From: Acidobacteriaceae bacterium
Lineage (GTDB): Bacteria > Acidobacteriota > Terriglobia > Terriglobales > Acidobacteriaceae
DNA length: 64,000 nucleotides
NCBI GenBank assembly: GCA_043749225.1
Contig: JAYVEP010000123.1
Coordinates: forward strand, 4,413 to 68,412
Reading direction: 5' to 3'
Position numbers and translations under genes: made by a program. Below, piece by piece: positions 55,814-64,000 of the stretch (position 1 is the first letter of the stretch; every line of letters begins with the position of its first letter). The notes beneath the pieces are model-generated. The model saw nothing but the letters and a program-made list of their open reading frames with translations, was not told the DNA's origin and did no database searches.

Positions 55814-55848
55814 AACGCCAGCCTGGGGATGGGCTGGCGTTTGTTTTT
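55814..55848 (+). terminator. Intrinsic terminator between convergent genes
   Basis: A perfect 10-bp stem AACGCCAGCC / GGCTGGCGTT with an 8-nt loop is followed by TGTTTTTG. It lies 27 nt after the deacetylase stop. Confidence 0.8.
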
Positions 55849-55864
55849 GCGGTATTGCGTGGTT

Positions 55865-58525
55865 CTAGTAAGCTCCGGCGGTGGCTGCATCCAAGGCGGT
55901 CATATCCGCACCCAGATCCTTGCCATCTGAGCCAGCGGCCTTGTAAGGGCTGCCGCTGGTCAAGTGATAGTTGCCGCCGTTTCCATTGTTAAAGTTCACG
56001 AAGCCAACGGAATTACCGTTCGACATGAGAGTGTTTCCGCTGGGCCAGGTTGAGGCTGGCCAACGGCTCGGGACTCCGATCAACACGTTGCTGCTGAAGG
56101 TGTAGGGAACGAAACAATTGGTCAGCAGGTTAACAGGAGAGTTTATGTTGTAGGCGCAGTTTGCGGCGCCTCCGCCAATGCCCCAGACTGGGTAGGGACC
56201 GCTGGTTACGATGCTGTTCGCAAACATGAAGTTCGGCATCTTCGGACCCGTTGCAGAGTTCCCAATATCAAAAATCATGTTGGAAGGGAATGCTGTGATG
56301 TGGTTGAGCTGAACGTCGCCCAGCAGCGGGCTGGTAGGTCCGCTTGAGACTTGAGCGAGCTGTCCCTGGCCCGCGTATGCGGTAGCGTTTATGTCGTCTA
56401 GGACGACGTCATGAATACTGTAACGAGTGCCGGCAAATTGCGGGCCGCCACCCTTGCCAATTGCGTTTGCAATTTGGAACCCACCGCCCACGTGGCTGAA
56501 GGTGCTGAAGCGGACAGTGACGTCGGTGACTTGGCAGATCGGACAGACCGGCCCTCTGGGCGTCCCTTGGTTTTTAGGAGTTAAGAGCAGCGAGAACCCG
56601 GTTTGCGAGTAGCCGCCCCAGGTGTTCTCGGCTACGTTGCCTTCGAAGAGCACGCGCTGTGCATTCTTCAGTTCAAAGTGGTTCTTCACGATGAACGGAT
56701 TGCCGTGGTTGCCGCCCACCATTCCGGGTCTACCTTGCATCCAGAAAATGGGTTTGAACAGGTGATTGTGGCGAACTTCAATGTCGGCCGGGGTGACGGT
56801 TGCACCGCCCCCGCCGAACAGAACGTTTTCGCCCGACGATTCCAGGAAGTTGTTGACAATCTTGTAGGGCCCGCCGGGTGAGCTCCCCAGTCCGCCCGAG
56901 ATTGCTTGCGCATCCGTGCAGCTACCCGTCTTCGATTCGCAGTGGAAGTCGTTGAGGTAAGAATCGACAACAGCAGCGTATGTCATGCCGCTCAGATAAA
57001 TCCCGCGGGTTGTATCGTCATGGGCTGTGCCGTGCATCCAGACGCGATCAAAGATAATGTGATCGGCCGTTGCTCCGCTCGCCGGGAACGCCAAGTTGCC
57101 GATGAAGCCGGCATTCGGCAAACGAGTGATTTCCAGCCCGATGAACCGATAGTGATTGGCGTGGGCCAGGAACGTGACCGGTCCCGAGCCGTAGTTCTGT
57201 GAGATCAGCAGCTTAGCCATTACATTCGCAGTCGAGGTGCAATTGAAAGCTGGTCGCCCCGGGAGCGAAGCCACGCCTGCGAAACAAGGAGAGATGCGCG
57301 TGCCTTCCGCGGGCAGACTCGAGTCCGGAGCAGAAGTACGAACAATGATCCAGTGCTGATCGTCGCAGCTCTTTCCGGGGAAGGAGAAGGTGCCACTAAA
57401 TGTGGTTCCCGCTTTCAAGCTGACGGTGTCGCCGCAGGCCGAGGCATTCAAAGCAGATTGCAGGCCAGCGCTGTCGGAGGCCAGCCAAGTCTTTCCTGGT
57501 GCCGGTGTGTTGGCAAGCGCGGTCTGCAGGTAGACTCGCGGAAGTTCCGCGGGACCGTCAAACTTGCCGTTGCTGGGCAAATCTACGGTCAAGGTAAGGC
57601 TGGCAGTCGCACTGTGCGACGCTGCGTCAGTAACCTGGGCCGTGAAGGTGGAAGTGCCAGCGTTAGTCGGGCTGCCAGTGAAAGCTCCCGCCGAAGTCAG
57701 CGACAGGCCTGCAGGGAGTGATCCGGACGCCATGCGCCAGGTATAGGGCAGCGTGCCACCCGAAGCGGCTAGGGTGCTCGAATAAGAGGCTCCCTGTGTC
57801 GCGTTAGGCAATGCGCTGGTGGAAACCTTAAGAGTCGATGAGCTGACCGGGGTGATGGAAATTACAGCCAAGGCGAACGCTGTGGGATCGGCGACGCTGG
57901 TAGCACTCACCGTTGCACTTGCGGCTACGCTCGTGTTCGGGGCGGTAAACAGACCGGTGGAAGATACTGTTCCGGCGCTGGCGCTCCAAGTGACTTGGGC
58001 GCTAGCTGTGGTCGTGGTGCCGCCGCTTACCGAGGCTGTCAATTGCTGGTTAGCTCCCGATGCAACCGTCGCGGTGGCTGGCGTTACGGTTACGGTGACT
58101 TGGGTTTGCGTGGCTGCAACTGTCAGGCGCAATCCCAAAGTGTCGAATCGCAGGTGATTTGCCGATAGTGCTCGCACCGTAAAGTTGCTGGTGCCAGCCA
58201 TCGCTGGCGCGCCTGAAATTACGCCTGTATTCGGATGCAGGGTAAGTCCCTGCGGAAGCGCTCCAGAAGTGATGGAAAAGGTGTAAAAACGGCTTTTCCC
58301 CGATGCGCTGATCGTCCCGTGAAAGGCCTGGCCCTGTTTAGCGGTACCGAGGGCGGCAGTGATCTTGATCTCATCATTCCGAGTTGGGCCTGTGGCCGCA
58401 CCGCCAGCGGCTACCGCGTGCGCCTGGATGGCTACCAGAGACAGCACCAGCGCAGCAACGGCGACACGTGACGAGGAAAGCGGGATCTTGGTCGAATAAT
58501 TCTCGGCTAAATGGCTGGTTCGCAT
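55865..58525 (-). CDS. Secreted multi-Ig-domain protein with C-terminal beta-helix-like module (paralog of 50403-52172)
   Basis: The signal peptide is VAVAALVLSLVAIQAHA. Two He_PIG-type putative Ig domains are present (GALPQGLTL..TGVISG and GSLPAGLSL). A Big_2-like domain is also present (VTVTPATATVASGANQQLTA). The shared beta-helix-like module follows. ATG 58525 is preceded by GGGGAG and is preferred over 58648. Confidence 0.75.
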   Translation of the reverse strand: MRTSHLAENYSTKIPLSSSRVAVAALVLSLVAIQAHAVAAGGAATGPTRNDEIKITAALGTAKQGQAFHGTISASGKSRFYTFSITSGALPQGLTLHPNTGVISGAPAMAGTSNFTVRALSANHLRFDTLGLRLTVAATQTQVTVTVTPATATVASGANQQLTASVSGGTTTTASAQVTWSASAGTVSSTGLFTAPNTSVAASATVSATSVADPTAFALAVISITPVSSSTLKVSTSALPNATQGASYSSTLAASGGTLPYTWRMASGSLPAGLSLTSAGAFTGSPTNAGTSTFTAQVTDAASHSATASLTLTVDLPSNGKFDGPAELPRVYLQTALANTPAPGKTWLASDSAGLQSALNASACGDTVSLKAGTTFSGTFSFPGKSCDDQHWIIVRTSAPDSSLPAEGTRISPCFAGVASLPGRPAFNCTSTANVMAKLLISQNYGSGPVTFLAHANHYRFIGLEITRLPNAGFIGNLAFPASGATADHIIFDRVWMHGTAHDDTTRGIYLSGMTYAAVVDSYLNDFHCESKTGSCTDAQAISGGLGSSPGGPYKIVNNFLESSGENVLFGGGGATVTPADIEVRHNHLFKPIFWMQGRPGMVGGNHGNPFIVKNHFELKNAQRVLFEGNVAENTWGGYSQTGFSLLLTPKNQGTPRGPVCPICQVTDVTVRFSTFSHVGGGFQIANAIGKGGGPQFAGTRYSIHDVVLDDINATAYAGQGQLAQVSSGPTSPLLGDVQLNHITAFPSNMIFDIGNSATGPKMPNFMFANSIVTSGPYPVWGIGGGAANCAYNINSPVNLLTNCFVPYTFSSNVLIGVPSRWPASTWPSGNTLMSNGNSVGFVNFNNGNGGNYHLTSGSPYKAAGSDGKDLGADMTALDAATAGAY

Positions 58526-58950
58526 TACACTCCCCTTCGGTACTGAGTTTGGGGGAACTCGCTGTACGAGTCCTTGAAAATGACTGTAGGTGGCCCTACG
58601 AACTCGAACAAGTCTCAGAAGGGCAGGTTGCATTTTTGGATGGGACATGTACCAAGTGTTGAAGTTCGAAAATCATCATGAACCGACAGTTTGTTGCCTG
58701 CACCAAGTTGGGAAGGCTCCGCCAAGACTGCTGGAAAGCCCATATTTTGTGGGGTTTCGAGGGGTTTATTAGGCTCGCTTGGAAATCTTTGCCTTGCAAT
58801 GGTCAGATTGTGCAGCGAGCGCCCCCAAGGGTACCCAACTTATTGTGACTTTAGTTTGGGTTCATTTGTAAGCGGACTCGACGAAAAGGAGGTCACGTGC
58901 CTTTGGGGAAGTGCTCGGGTACCTCGGATGCCTCAGAAGAAGGGATTTTG

Positions 58951-60195
58951 CTACCGACTTACCGTTTTGGGTTCATCGGAAGGTGCTCGCTGGCTGGCGG
59001 CGCGGATTGTAGTTTGCAGGACTTCGACGAATTGACGGGTAATTACGGGCCAGTCGTACTTTTGTGCGGTGGATGCCGCAGCAGCCTCGTAGCGCCGCCG
59101 GGCAGCTTCATCCTGCAATAGAAGAACAATTGCCTCGGCGAAGGCCTTTGGGTCGTCTGCCAGCAGGATATCCTTGCCGTGGGTCACATCCAAGCCCTCA
59201 GCGCCTACTGTGGTTGAGACCGTGGCCTTGCCCACCGCCATACCTTCATAAATCTTGATGCGGGTTCCGCCGCCGATACGCAAGGGCACAATAAAGACAG
59301 CTGCTTTCTGTAGATACTCCATGATCGAGGGTACGGTGCCGGTTACTTCCACGTTGATGCTGGCCAGGTTCCTAACCCGCGCATGGGGACGGCGGCCTAC
59401 AATCTGGAATTTCGCTTGTGGGACCTGCGCCAGCACCTGCGGCCACACTTCCTTGCAGAAGTACTCCACGCCATCAATGTTGGCTTCCCAGTCCATGGAG
59501 CCTGTGAATACGACATACGGGCCAACCGGACGGATGTTGGGATCGTATTGGAACTTTTTGAGATCGACTCCAGTGGGCACGACGCTGATTTCAGAAGCCG
59601 GTACCATCGAGGTCATGACGTCGCGGTCCGTGTTTGAAACGGCGATGACGTGATGGAAGCGGCGAACCTGCTGGGGCTCGAATCGGTGCATTTTGGCGTA
59701 CTCGAATTTTGCAACCGTACGATCAAGCCATTTCACTTCAAATTCCGCCATGCGCTTCCAGAGCACGGTTTCGACGTTGTGTTGGAAAATGGCGGTAGGT
59801 AGGGTCAAGTCGCTAGGGAAATTTAGCACTGACATCAGGAAATCGCAGACGGCCACATCAAAGCGGCCTTCCTGAAACCATCCAGCGATGATTTGTTGCA
59901 CTCGGGGGTCGGTGAATTTACTTACCGAATAGGGTGCGCGCCACCAGATGCGGCTGGCGTAGTCCATATAGCGCTCTAAGAGCGTCGTATCTGGAGTACC
60001 CGTATGGACCACGACCGTCCCGGGCAGGTGCTGAACGATTTCCTTCTCATACGCTTCGTCCTTGAGCCCGCCGTAGTAGGACAGGTATGTGAGCTCGTGT
60101 TCCGCAGACAGGCAGCGCAGGATGTTATATGTGCGCAATTGACCGCCACTGTCGAGGGGTAAGAGCTTGCCCGGTTTGACCCAAAGTATCTTCAC
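58951..60195 (-). CDS. Family-4 (GT-B) glycosyltransferase, PEP-CTERM/EpsH-locus type
   Basis: The C-terminal motif IYEGMAVGKATVSTTVGAEGLDV (EX7E-like region) is present. The N-terminal pattern LPLDSGGQLRTYNILRCLSAEHELTYL resembles the exosortase-associated sugar transferase subfamily. Confidence 0.85.
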   Translation of the reverse strand: MKILWVKPGKLLPLDSGGQLRTYNILRCLSAEHELTYLSYYGGLKDEAYEKEIVQHLPGTVVVHTGTPDTTLLERYMDYASRIWWRAPYSVSKFTDPRVQQIIAGWFQEGRFDVAVCDFLMSVLNFPSDLTLPTAIFQHNVETVLWKRMAEFEVKWLDRTVAKFEYAKMHRFEPQQVRRFHHVIAVSNTDRDVMTSMVPASEISVVPTGVDLKKFQYDPNIRPVGPYVVFTGSMDWEANIDGVEYFCKEVWPQVLAQVPQAKFQIVGRRPHARVRNLASINVEVTGTVPSIMEYLQKAAVFIVPLRIGGGTRIKIYEGMAVGKATVSTTVGAEGLDVTHGKDILLADDPKAFAEAIVLLLQDEAARRRYEAAAASTAQKYDWPVITRQFVEVLQTTIRAASQRAPSDEPKTVSR

Positions 60196-60207
60196 GGTTG
60201 GCGGGCG

Positions 60208-61530
60208 TTACCAGCAGATTCCGTCATAAGCGGGGCTGCCGTCTGGGCGGCGATCCTTGTCGAGATTCACCAGGTCAATAATCTTCTGATCGGGGCGTGC
60301 GAGGCGGCGTACTTCATCGCGATTCACGCGGGTCGCTACAACGATAACTTCAGACTCACGAATGACTTTTTCAAGGTCGTTGCCCAGCACGGAGCCGAGG
60401 TGCGGGATTTCTTCTTCAATATATTGGCGGTTCGATCCGATCAGGCGGCCCATGGTGACGTTCTCATCCCAGATCAGAAGTTGACGGCCTTCGCCGAGTA
60501 GACGTTTGGCGAGGATGACTTGCGGGCTTTCACGAAGGTCGTCCGTGTGAGCTTTAAAGCTGAGCCCGAGCAATCCAATCTTCTTCTTGCCGGTGCGCAA
60601 AATCATATCGATGGCGCGGTCGAGGTGCCGGTCATTGCTCGGCAGAATGGATTCAAACAGAGGGAGTTTCAGGTCCAGCTCGCGTCCGCGATGGCTGAGC
60701 GCGCGAACATCCTTAGGCAAGCAAGAGCCGCCGAATGCGAATCCCGGTTTGAGGTAGGCAGAAGAGATGTTCAGTTTGTTGTCGGCGCAGAAAATCTCAA
60801 CCACCGCTTCGGGATCGACATGTAATTCCTTGGCCAGCGAACCTACTTCATTGGCGAACGCAACCTTGACCGCGTGCCAGGAGTTGCAGACGTATTTCAC
60901 CATCTCCGCCGAGGTGAAAGATGTTTCGAAAATGCGGCCTGGCGCCCAGGCATAAATTTCACGCAAGAAGGCGCTGTGGGCTGGGTCGGCGGCGCCGATG
61001 ACGGTCATCGCCGGCTCCATGAAGTCTTTTACAGCGGAGCCTTCGCGCAGGAATTCCGGATTGGAGCAAACTCCAAAATCTTTGCCCAGCTTTTTCCCGC
61101 TGGCCTTTTCCAGTGTGGGAACTACGAGCGTCGCTGCGGTTCCGGGCAACACTGTGCTGCGTAGCACAACCAGGTGGAAGCCCTTCTTCTTGGCCAGCAC
61201 TTCGCCAATCTGCTGGCAAACTGGCTCAATGTGGCCGAGATCCAGCTTGCCGCTCCTCATGCTCGGCGTGCCTACGCAGAGAATCGAGATATCGGTATTG
61301 AGAACAGCTTCGGCGACATCCATGGTGGCGCGGATACGGCCAGCCGCATGACCTTCACTGGTCAGCTCGCTCATGCCGGGCTCAAGAATAGGGCTGCGGC
61401 CGCAATTCATGTTGGCCACTTTATCGGCGTTCAAATCAACGCCAATAACGGGAAACCCTTGTTTGGCAAAGCAGGCTGCACTGACAGAACCGACATATCC
61501 AAGTCCGAAAACGCTAATCGAGCGAGTCAT
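60208..61530 (-). CDS. Nucleotide-sugar 6-dehydrogenase, closest by eye to GDP-mannose 6-dehydrogenase (AlgD-like)
   Basis: The N-terminus SVFGLGYVGSVSAACFAKQGFPVIGVDLNADKVANMNCGRSPILEPG parallels the AlgD N-terminus. The catalytic Cys lies in FGGSCLPKD. Confidence 0.8.
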   Translation of the reverse strand: MTRSISVFGLGYVGSVSAACFAKQGFPVIGVDLNADKVANMNCGRSPILEPGMSELTSEGHAAGRIRATMDVAEAVLNTDISILCVGTPSMRSGKLDLGHIEPVCQQIGEVLAKKKGFHLVVLRSTVLPGTAATLVVPTLEKASGKKLGKDFGVCSNPEFLREGSAVKDFMEPAMTVIGAADPAHSAFLREIYAWAPGRIFETSFTSAEMVKYVCNSWHAVKVAFANEVGSLAKELHVDPEAVVEIFCADNKLNISSAYLKPGFAFGGSCLPKDVRALSHRGRELDLKLPLFESILPSNDRHLDRAIDMILRTGKKKIGLLGLSFKAHTDDLRESPQVILAKRLLGEGRQLLIWDENVTMGRLIGSNRQYIEEEIPHLGSVLGNDLEKVIRESEVIVVATRVNRDEVRRLARPDQKIIDLVNLDKDRRPDGSPAYDGICW

Positions 61531-62037
61531 GATTTCCTTTAGGAATTCTTTGAATATTTATAAATTCAACACTTGGTTCTTCGAAAACAAGTTCCTAATG
61601 GTGCGAGTTCTAAGGGGAACCGATATTTGGGGCATGTCGATTGCCGAAACCACGACCAGCAGCGAGCCAAGTTGGGTGCAAGTTCTCCACTTTTCAGCAA
61701 CCTACGCGGCCAGCGGACGCATCTGTCTGCCGATGGATGAACAGGCTGAATTCGAGTGCAAACGCTTGCACATTCAGGCTGGTAAGGCCTGACGGATTTC
61801 CCTCCCCGGAATCGTACCCTCTGGGGAGGATACCAGTTTCCAGCCCGAACTCCCAATAGGGGGTGTGCCCGGAAATTACTGAAGTTATTGATTTTAGAGG
61901 GGAATTTAACCAGTTTGCTCTCGAAGCGAAGTCTCCAATCCTGATAAAATCAAAGCAGTTTACCTTCCCGAACGCTACATCCCTTTCCTTGGGAGCGTTC
62001 CGAAAAACCGAACCAAAGGCTTAGGGCCAGAGTGGGT

Positions 62038-64000
62038 ATGCCAACAAGAAAGAGCTTGCGACAGCGAATTCAGCGTATGGTCTCCATGGACAGGCCCGAA
62101 TTCCAGGACCGCTCCAGGCAGTATGCTAACCAACGGTTGGACGCAGCGCGGCACTGGCTGGGCCGCGATTGGAAAGAGAACTTGCGCCCCGTAGCGTCTC
62201 AGCCAGTGGGCCGTTTCTTCTTCGATGCCGAGTCGGTTCCCCGAATTATTGCGATTCTGCGCGACCGGTTGCCGGTTCAGGCCGAGGCAATTGTTCAGCG
62301 AGCGGAACGTATTCTTCAACACCGCTTTGATTTGCTGGGCTATCAAGGTGTGAACTACGGGCCAAGCATCGATTGGCACTTGGACAAGATTCACGACAAG
62401 CAGGCTTCGTACACATTTGCCTATCGCGTGAAGTATCTGAGTTTTTCGGAAGTGGGAGACAGCAAAGTAACCTGGGAGCTGAACCGTCACCAACACCTGG
62501 TCGTGCTGGCCAAGGCCTACTTGTTGACCGGCGAAGAGCGCTTCGCGCGAGAGATTGTGGAACAGTGGTACGACTGGCAGAAGCAAAATCCTTACCCGAT
62601 TGGCATAAACTGGGCCAGCAGCCTGGAGGTCGCCTTCCGCAGTTTCTCCTGGCTTTGGCTGCGTGCCCTGCTGCAAGGGAGCCCGGTTGTGCCAGCCGCC
62701 TTTTGGCAAGACATGTCGCATGCCCTGGGGGTGAGTGGCCGCCATTTGGAGCGCTATCTTTCCACTTATTTTTCCCCGAACACCCACTTGCTGGGCGAAG
62801 CTATGGCTCTTTTCTACATTGGAACGCTTTGTCCTGAGATTCAGCACGCTGGTGAATGGTGCAACCTGGGCTGGCGCATCATGACCGAGGAATTGCGCAC
62901 CCAAGTTCGAGAAGACGGCTTTTATTTTGAGCAGAGCGTTTACTATCACGTTTACGCTTTGGAATTCTTTCTGCAATGCGGACTTTTGGCTGCCAGGAAT
63001 GACTTGGAAGTTCCGACGGATTACGCCCGCACCGTGGAGAAGCTGTGCGATGCCCTCGCGCTGCTCAGCCGCACTGGAATTCCGGCTCGGAGTGGCGACG
63101 ATGATGGCGGCCGGCTGTTTGATGGCCAACGCAATCGGGCCGAGCATCTGACCGATCCTTTGGCCACAGGTGCTGCCGTCTTCGGGCGGGGAGATTTTAA
63201 GTTTATTGCTGGCGGCCTGAGAGAAGACATGGTTTGGCTTCTGGGCCCCGAAGGCGTGCGTCAATTTGATGAGCTGAAATCGAAAGCACCATCGTTGGCT
63301 TCAGCGTCTCTGTCTGCATCGGGTTTCTACTGCATGAGTTCTGCAGATCCAGTGCCGCAGCAGCTGATTGTTGATGCTGGCCCGCAGGGTGCCGGTTCGG
63401 GCGGGCACGGACACGCCGATGCTCTGAGCCTTCAGTTGCTCTACGGCGATCAGGCCTTACTGCAGGATCCCGGAACGTTCGAATATGTAGGGCCGGGGCC
63501 AGAACGCGATTTGTTGCGAGCGACGGCAGCCCACAACACGTTGGTAGTGGATGGCCAGGGGCAGTCGCGTCCACGCGGGCCTTTTGGGTGGGAGAGGCTT
63601 ACGCAGGCTCGGCAAGAGGCCTGGATCACGGGCGAGTATTTCGATTTGCTGCGTGCCAGCCATGATGGATTTGCGGCGCAAGGCATCACACATCGCCGGT
63701 GGGTCTTTCATTTGCCGGGGCGCTTTTGGTTTGTTCGCGATGTGGCGGAAGGCGCGGGCACACACAAACTCGACTTGAATTGGCATCTTGGCCCGGAATT
63801 GCGGCTCGACGATTCCAGCAGCAGGTTCTTTGGGGAAGCAGCGTCCCAGCCCGGACTCGCGTTAGTTGGAGTGGAAGGCAGCGCGTGGCAACGTGAAGTC
63901 CAGCCCAGTTGGTGGTCGCCAGCATACGGGCAAAAGCGAGAGTCCTGGAAGGTGCGATTTCATTGTGAATCGCAACTTCCCGCCGAATGCGCCACGGTTG
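62038..64000 (+). CDS. Heparinase II/III-like (alginate-lyase-fold N-domain) protein; 3' end beyond window
   Basis: The ORF is open to the window edge, so it is absent from the track. Hand translation from ATG 62038 gives MPTRKSLRQRIQRMVS... Recognisable stretches include WELNRHQHLVVLAKAYLLTGEERFA, INWASSLEVAFRSFSW, DGFYFEQSVYYH and GGHGHADALSL. Confidence 0.8.
   Translation, partial: MPTRKSLRQRIQRMVSMDRPEFQDRSRQYANQRLDAARHWLGRDWKENLRPVASQPVGRFFFDAESVPRIIAILRDRLPVQAEAIVQRAERILQHRFDLLGYQGVNYGPSIDWHLDKIHDKQASYTFAYRVKYLSFSEVGDSKVTWELNRHQHLVVLAKAYLLTGEERFAREIVEQWYDWQKQNPYPIGINWASSLEVAFRSFSWLWLRALLQGSPVVPAAFWQDMSHALGVSGRHLERYLSTYFSPNTHLLGEAMALFYIGTLCPEIQHAGEWCNLGWRIMTEELRTQVREDGFYFEQSVYYHVYALEFFLQCGLLAARNDLEVPTDYARTVEKLCDALALLSRTGIPARSGDDDGGRLFDGQRNRAEHLTDPLATGAAVFGRGDFKFIAGGLREDMVWLLGPEGVRQFDELKSKAPSLASASLSASGFYCMSSADPVPQQLIVDAGPQGAGSGGHGHADALSLQLLYGDQALLQDPGTFEYVGPGPERDLLRATAAHNTLVVDGQGQSRPRGPFGWERLTQARQEAWITGEYFDLLRASHDGFAAQGITHRRWVFHLPGRFWFVRDVAEGAGTHKLDLNWHLGPELRLDDSSSRFFGEAASQPGLALVGVEGSAWQREVQPSWWSPAYGQKRESWKVRFHCESQLPAECATV

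Noticed and set aside
61975-63264. 429-aa minus-strand ORF, the only long ORF the track offers here
   Set aside because: The plus strand carries an uninterrupted frame from 62038 to the window end. That frame has clear heparinase II/III-type motifs. The track omits it only because it has no stop codon in the window.
32310-64000. Looked for PEP-CTERM sorting signals (PEP + TM + Arg-rich C-terminus) on the secreted proteins of the EPS region
   Set aside because: None of the C-termini inspected fits the motif (for example ...AATKGVL and ...DAATAGAY), so no exosortase substrate is claimed in this window.

Overview
This 64-kb chromosomal segment reads like an Acidobacteriota (Terriglobia-type) genome. 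Coding is dense on both strands, with many 1-4 bp start/stop overlaps, a CarboxypepD_reg-type TonB receptor and exosortase machinery. I saw no rRNA, CRISPR, transposase, integrase or phage genes. There are four blocks. (1) 1-7.7 kb, miscellaneous/housekeeping: partial Tat metallophosphoesterase, Ig-repeat lipoprotein, tRNA-Arg(CCG), aldo/keto reductase, glycine-rich RRM RNA-binding protein, TypA/BipA. (2) 7.7-29.4 kb: two divergent operons around a MerR+XRE+cupin regulator. Together they look like an uptake-and-catabolism island for polyamines and omega-/beta-amino compounds. One arm has an exported amidohydrolase, a PotABCD-like importer and a Tat flavin amine oxidase. The other has a TonB receptor, an APC permease, three class-III aminotransferases and two aldehyde dehydrogenases including MmsA. 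A secreted S58 DmpA/BapA-like aminopeptidase lies convergent to it. (3) 29.5-32.3 kb: a DUF59 protein and a cytochrome b + molybdopterin oxidoreductase pair. (4) 32.3-64 kb: an exosortase/PEP-CTERM-type exopolysaccharide locus (PrsT, EpsI, exosortase, a GAFTGA-less EBP-like regulator, Wza, beta-barrel, Wzz, ExeA-like ATPase, BY-kinase, priming transferase, GT2, Wzy/ligase-like, AsnB-like amidotransferase, sulfotransferase). It is followed by an accessory modification module: two paralogous secreted beta-helix proteins flanking two formyltransferase-like genes and a CE4 deacetylase, then GT4, an AlgD-like dehydrogenase and a partial heparinase II/III-like protein. Two genes that run off the window edges are absent from the ORF track and were translated by hand. 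All family assignments rest on motif recognition by eye; no database search was possible. The best candidates for something undescribed are the beta-helix/formyltransferase/deacetylase module, the degenerate EBP-like regulator beside the exosortase, the dual-HTH regulator, and the amine/beta-amino catabolic island.
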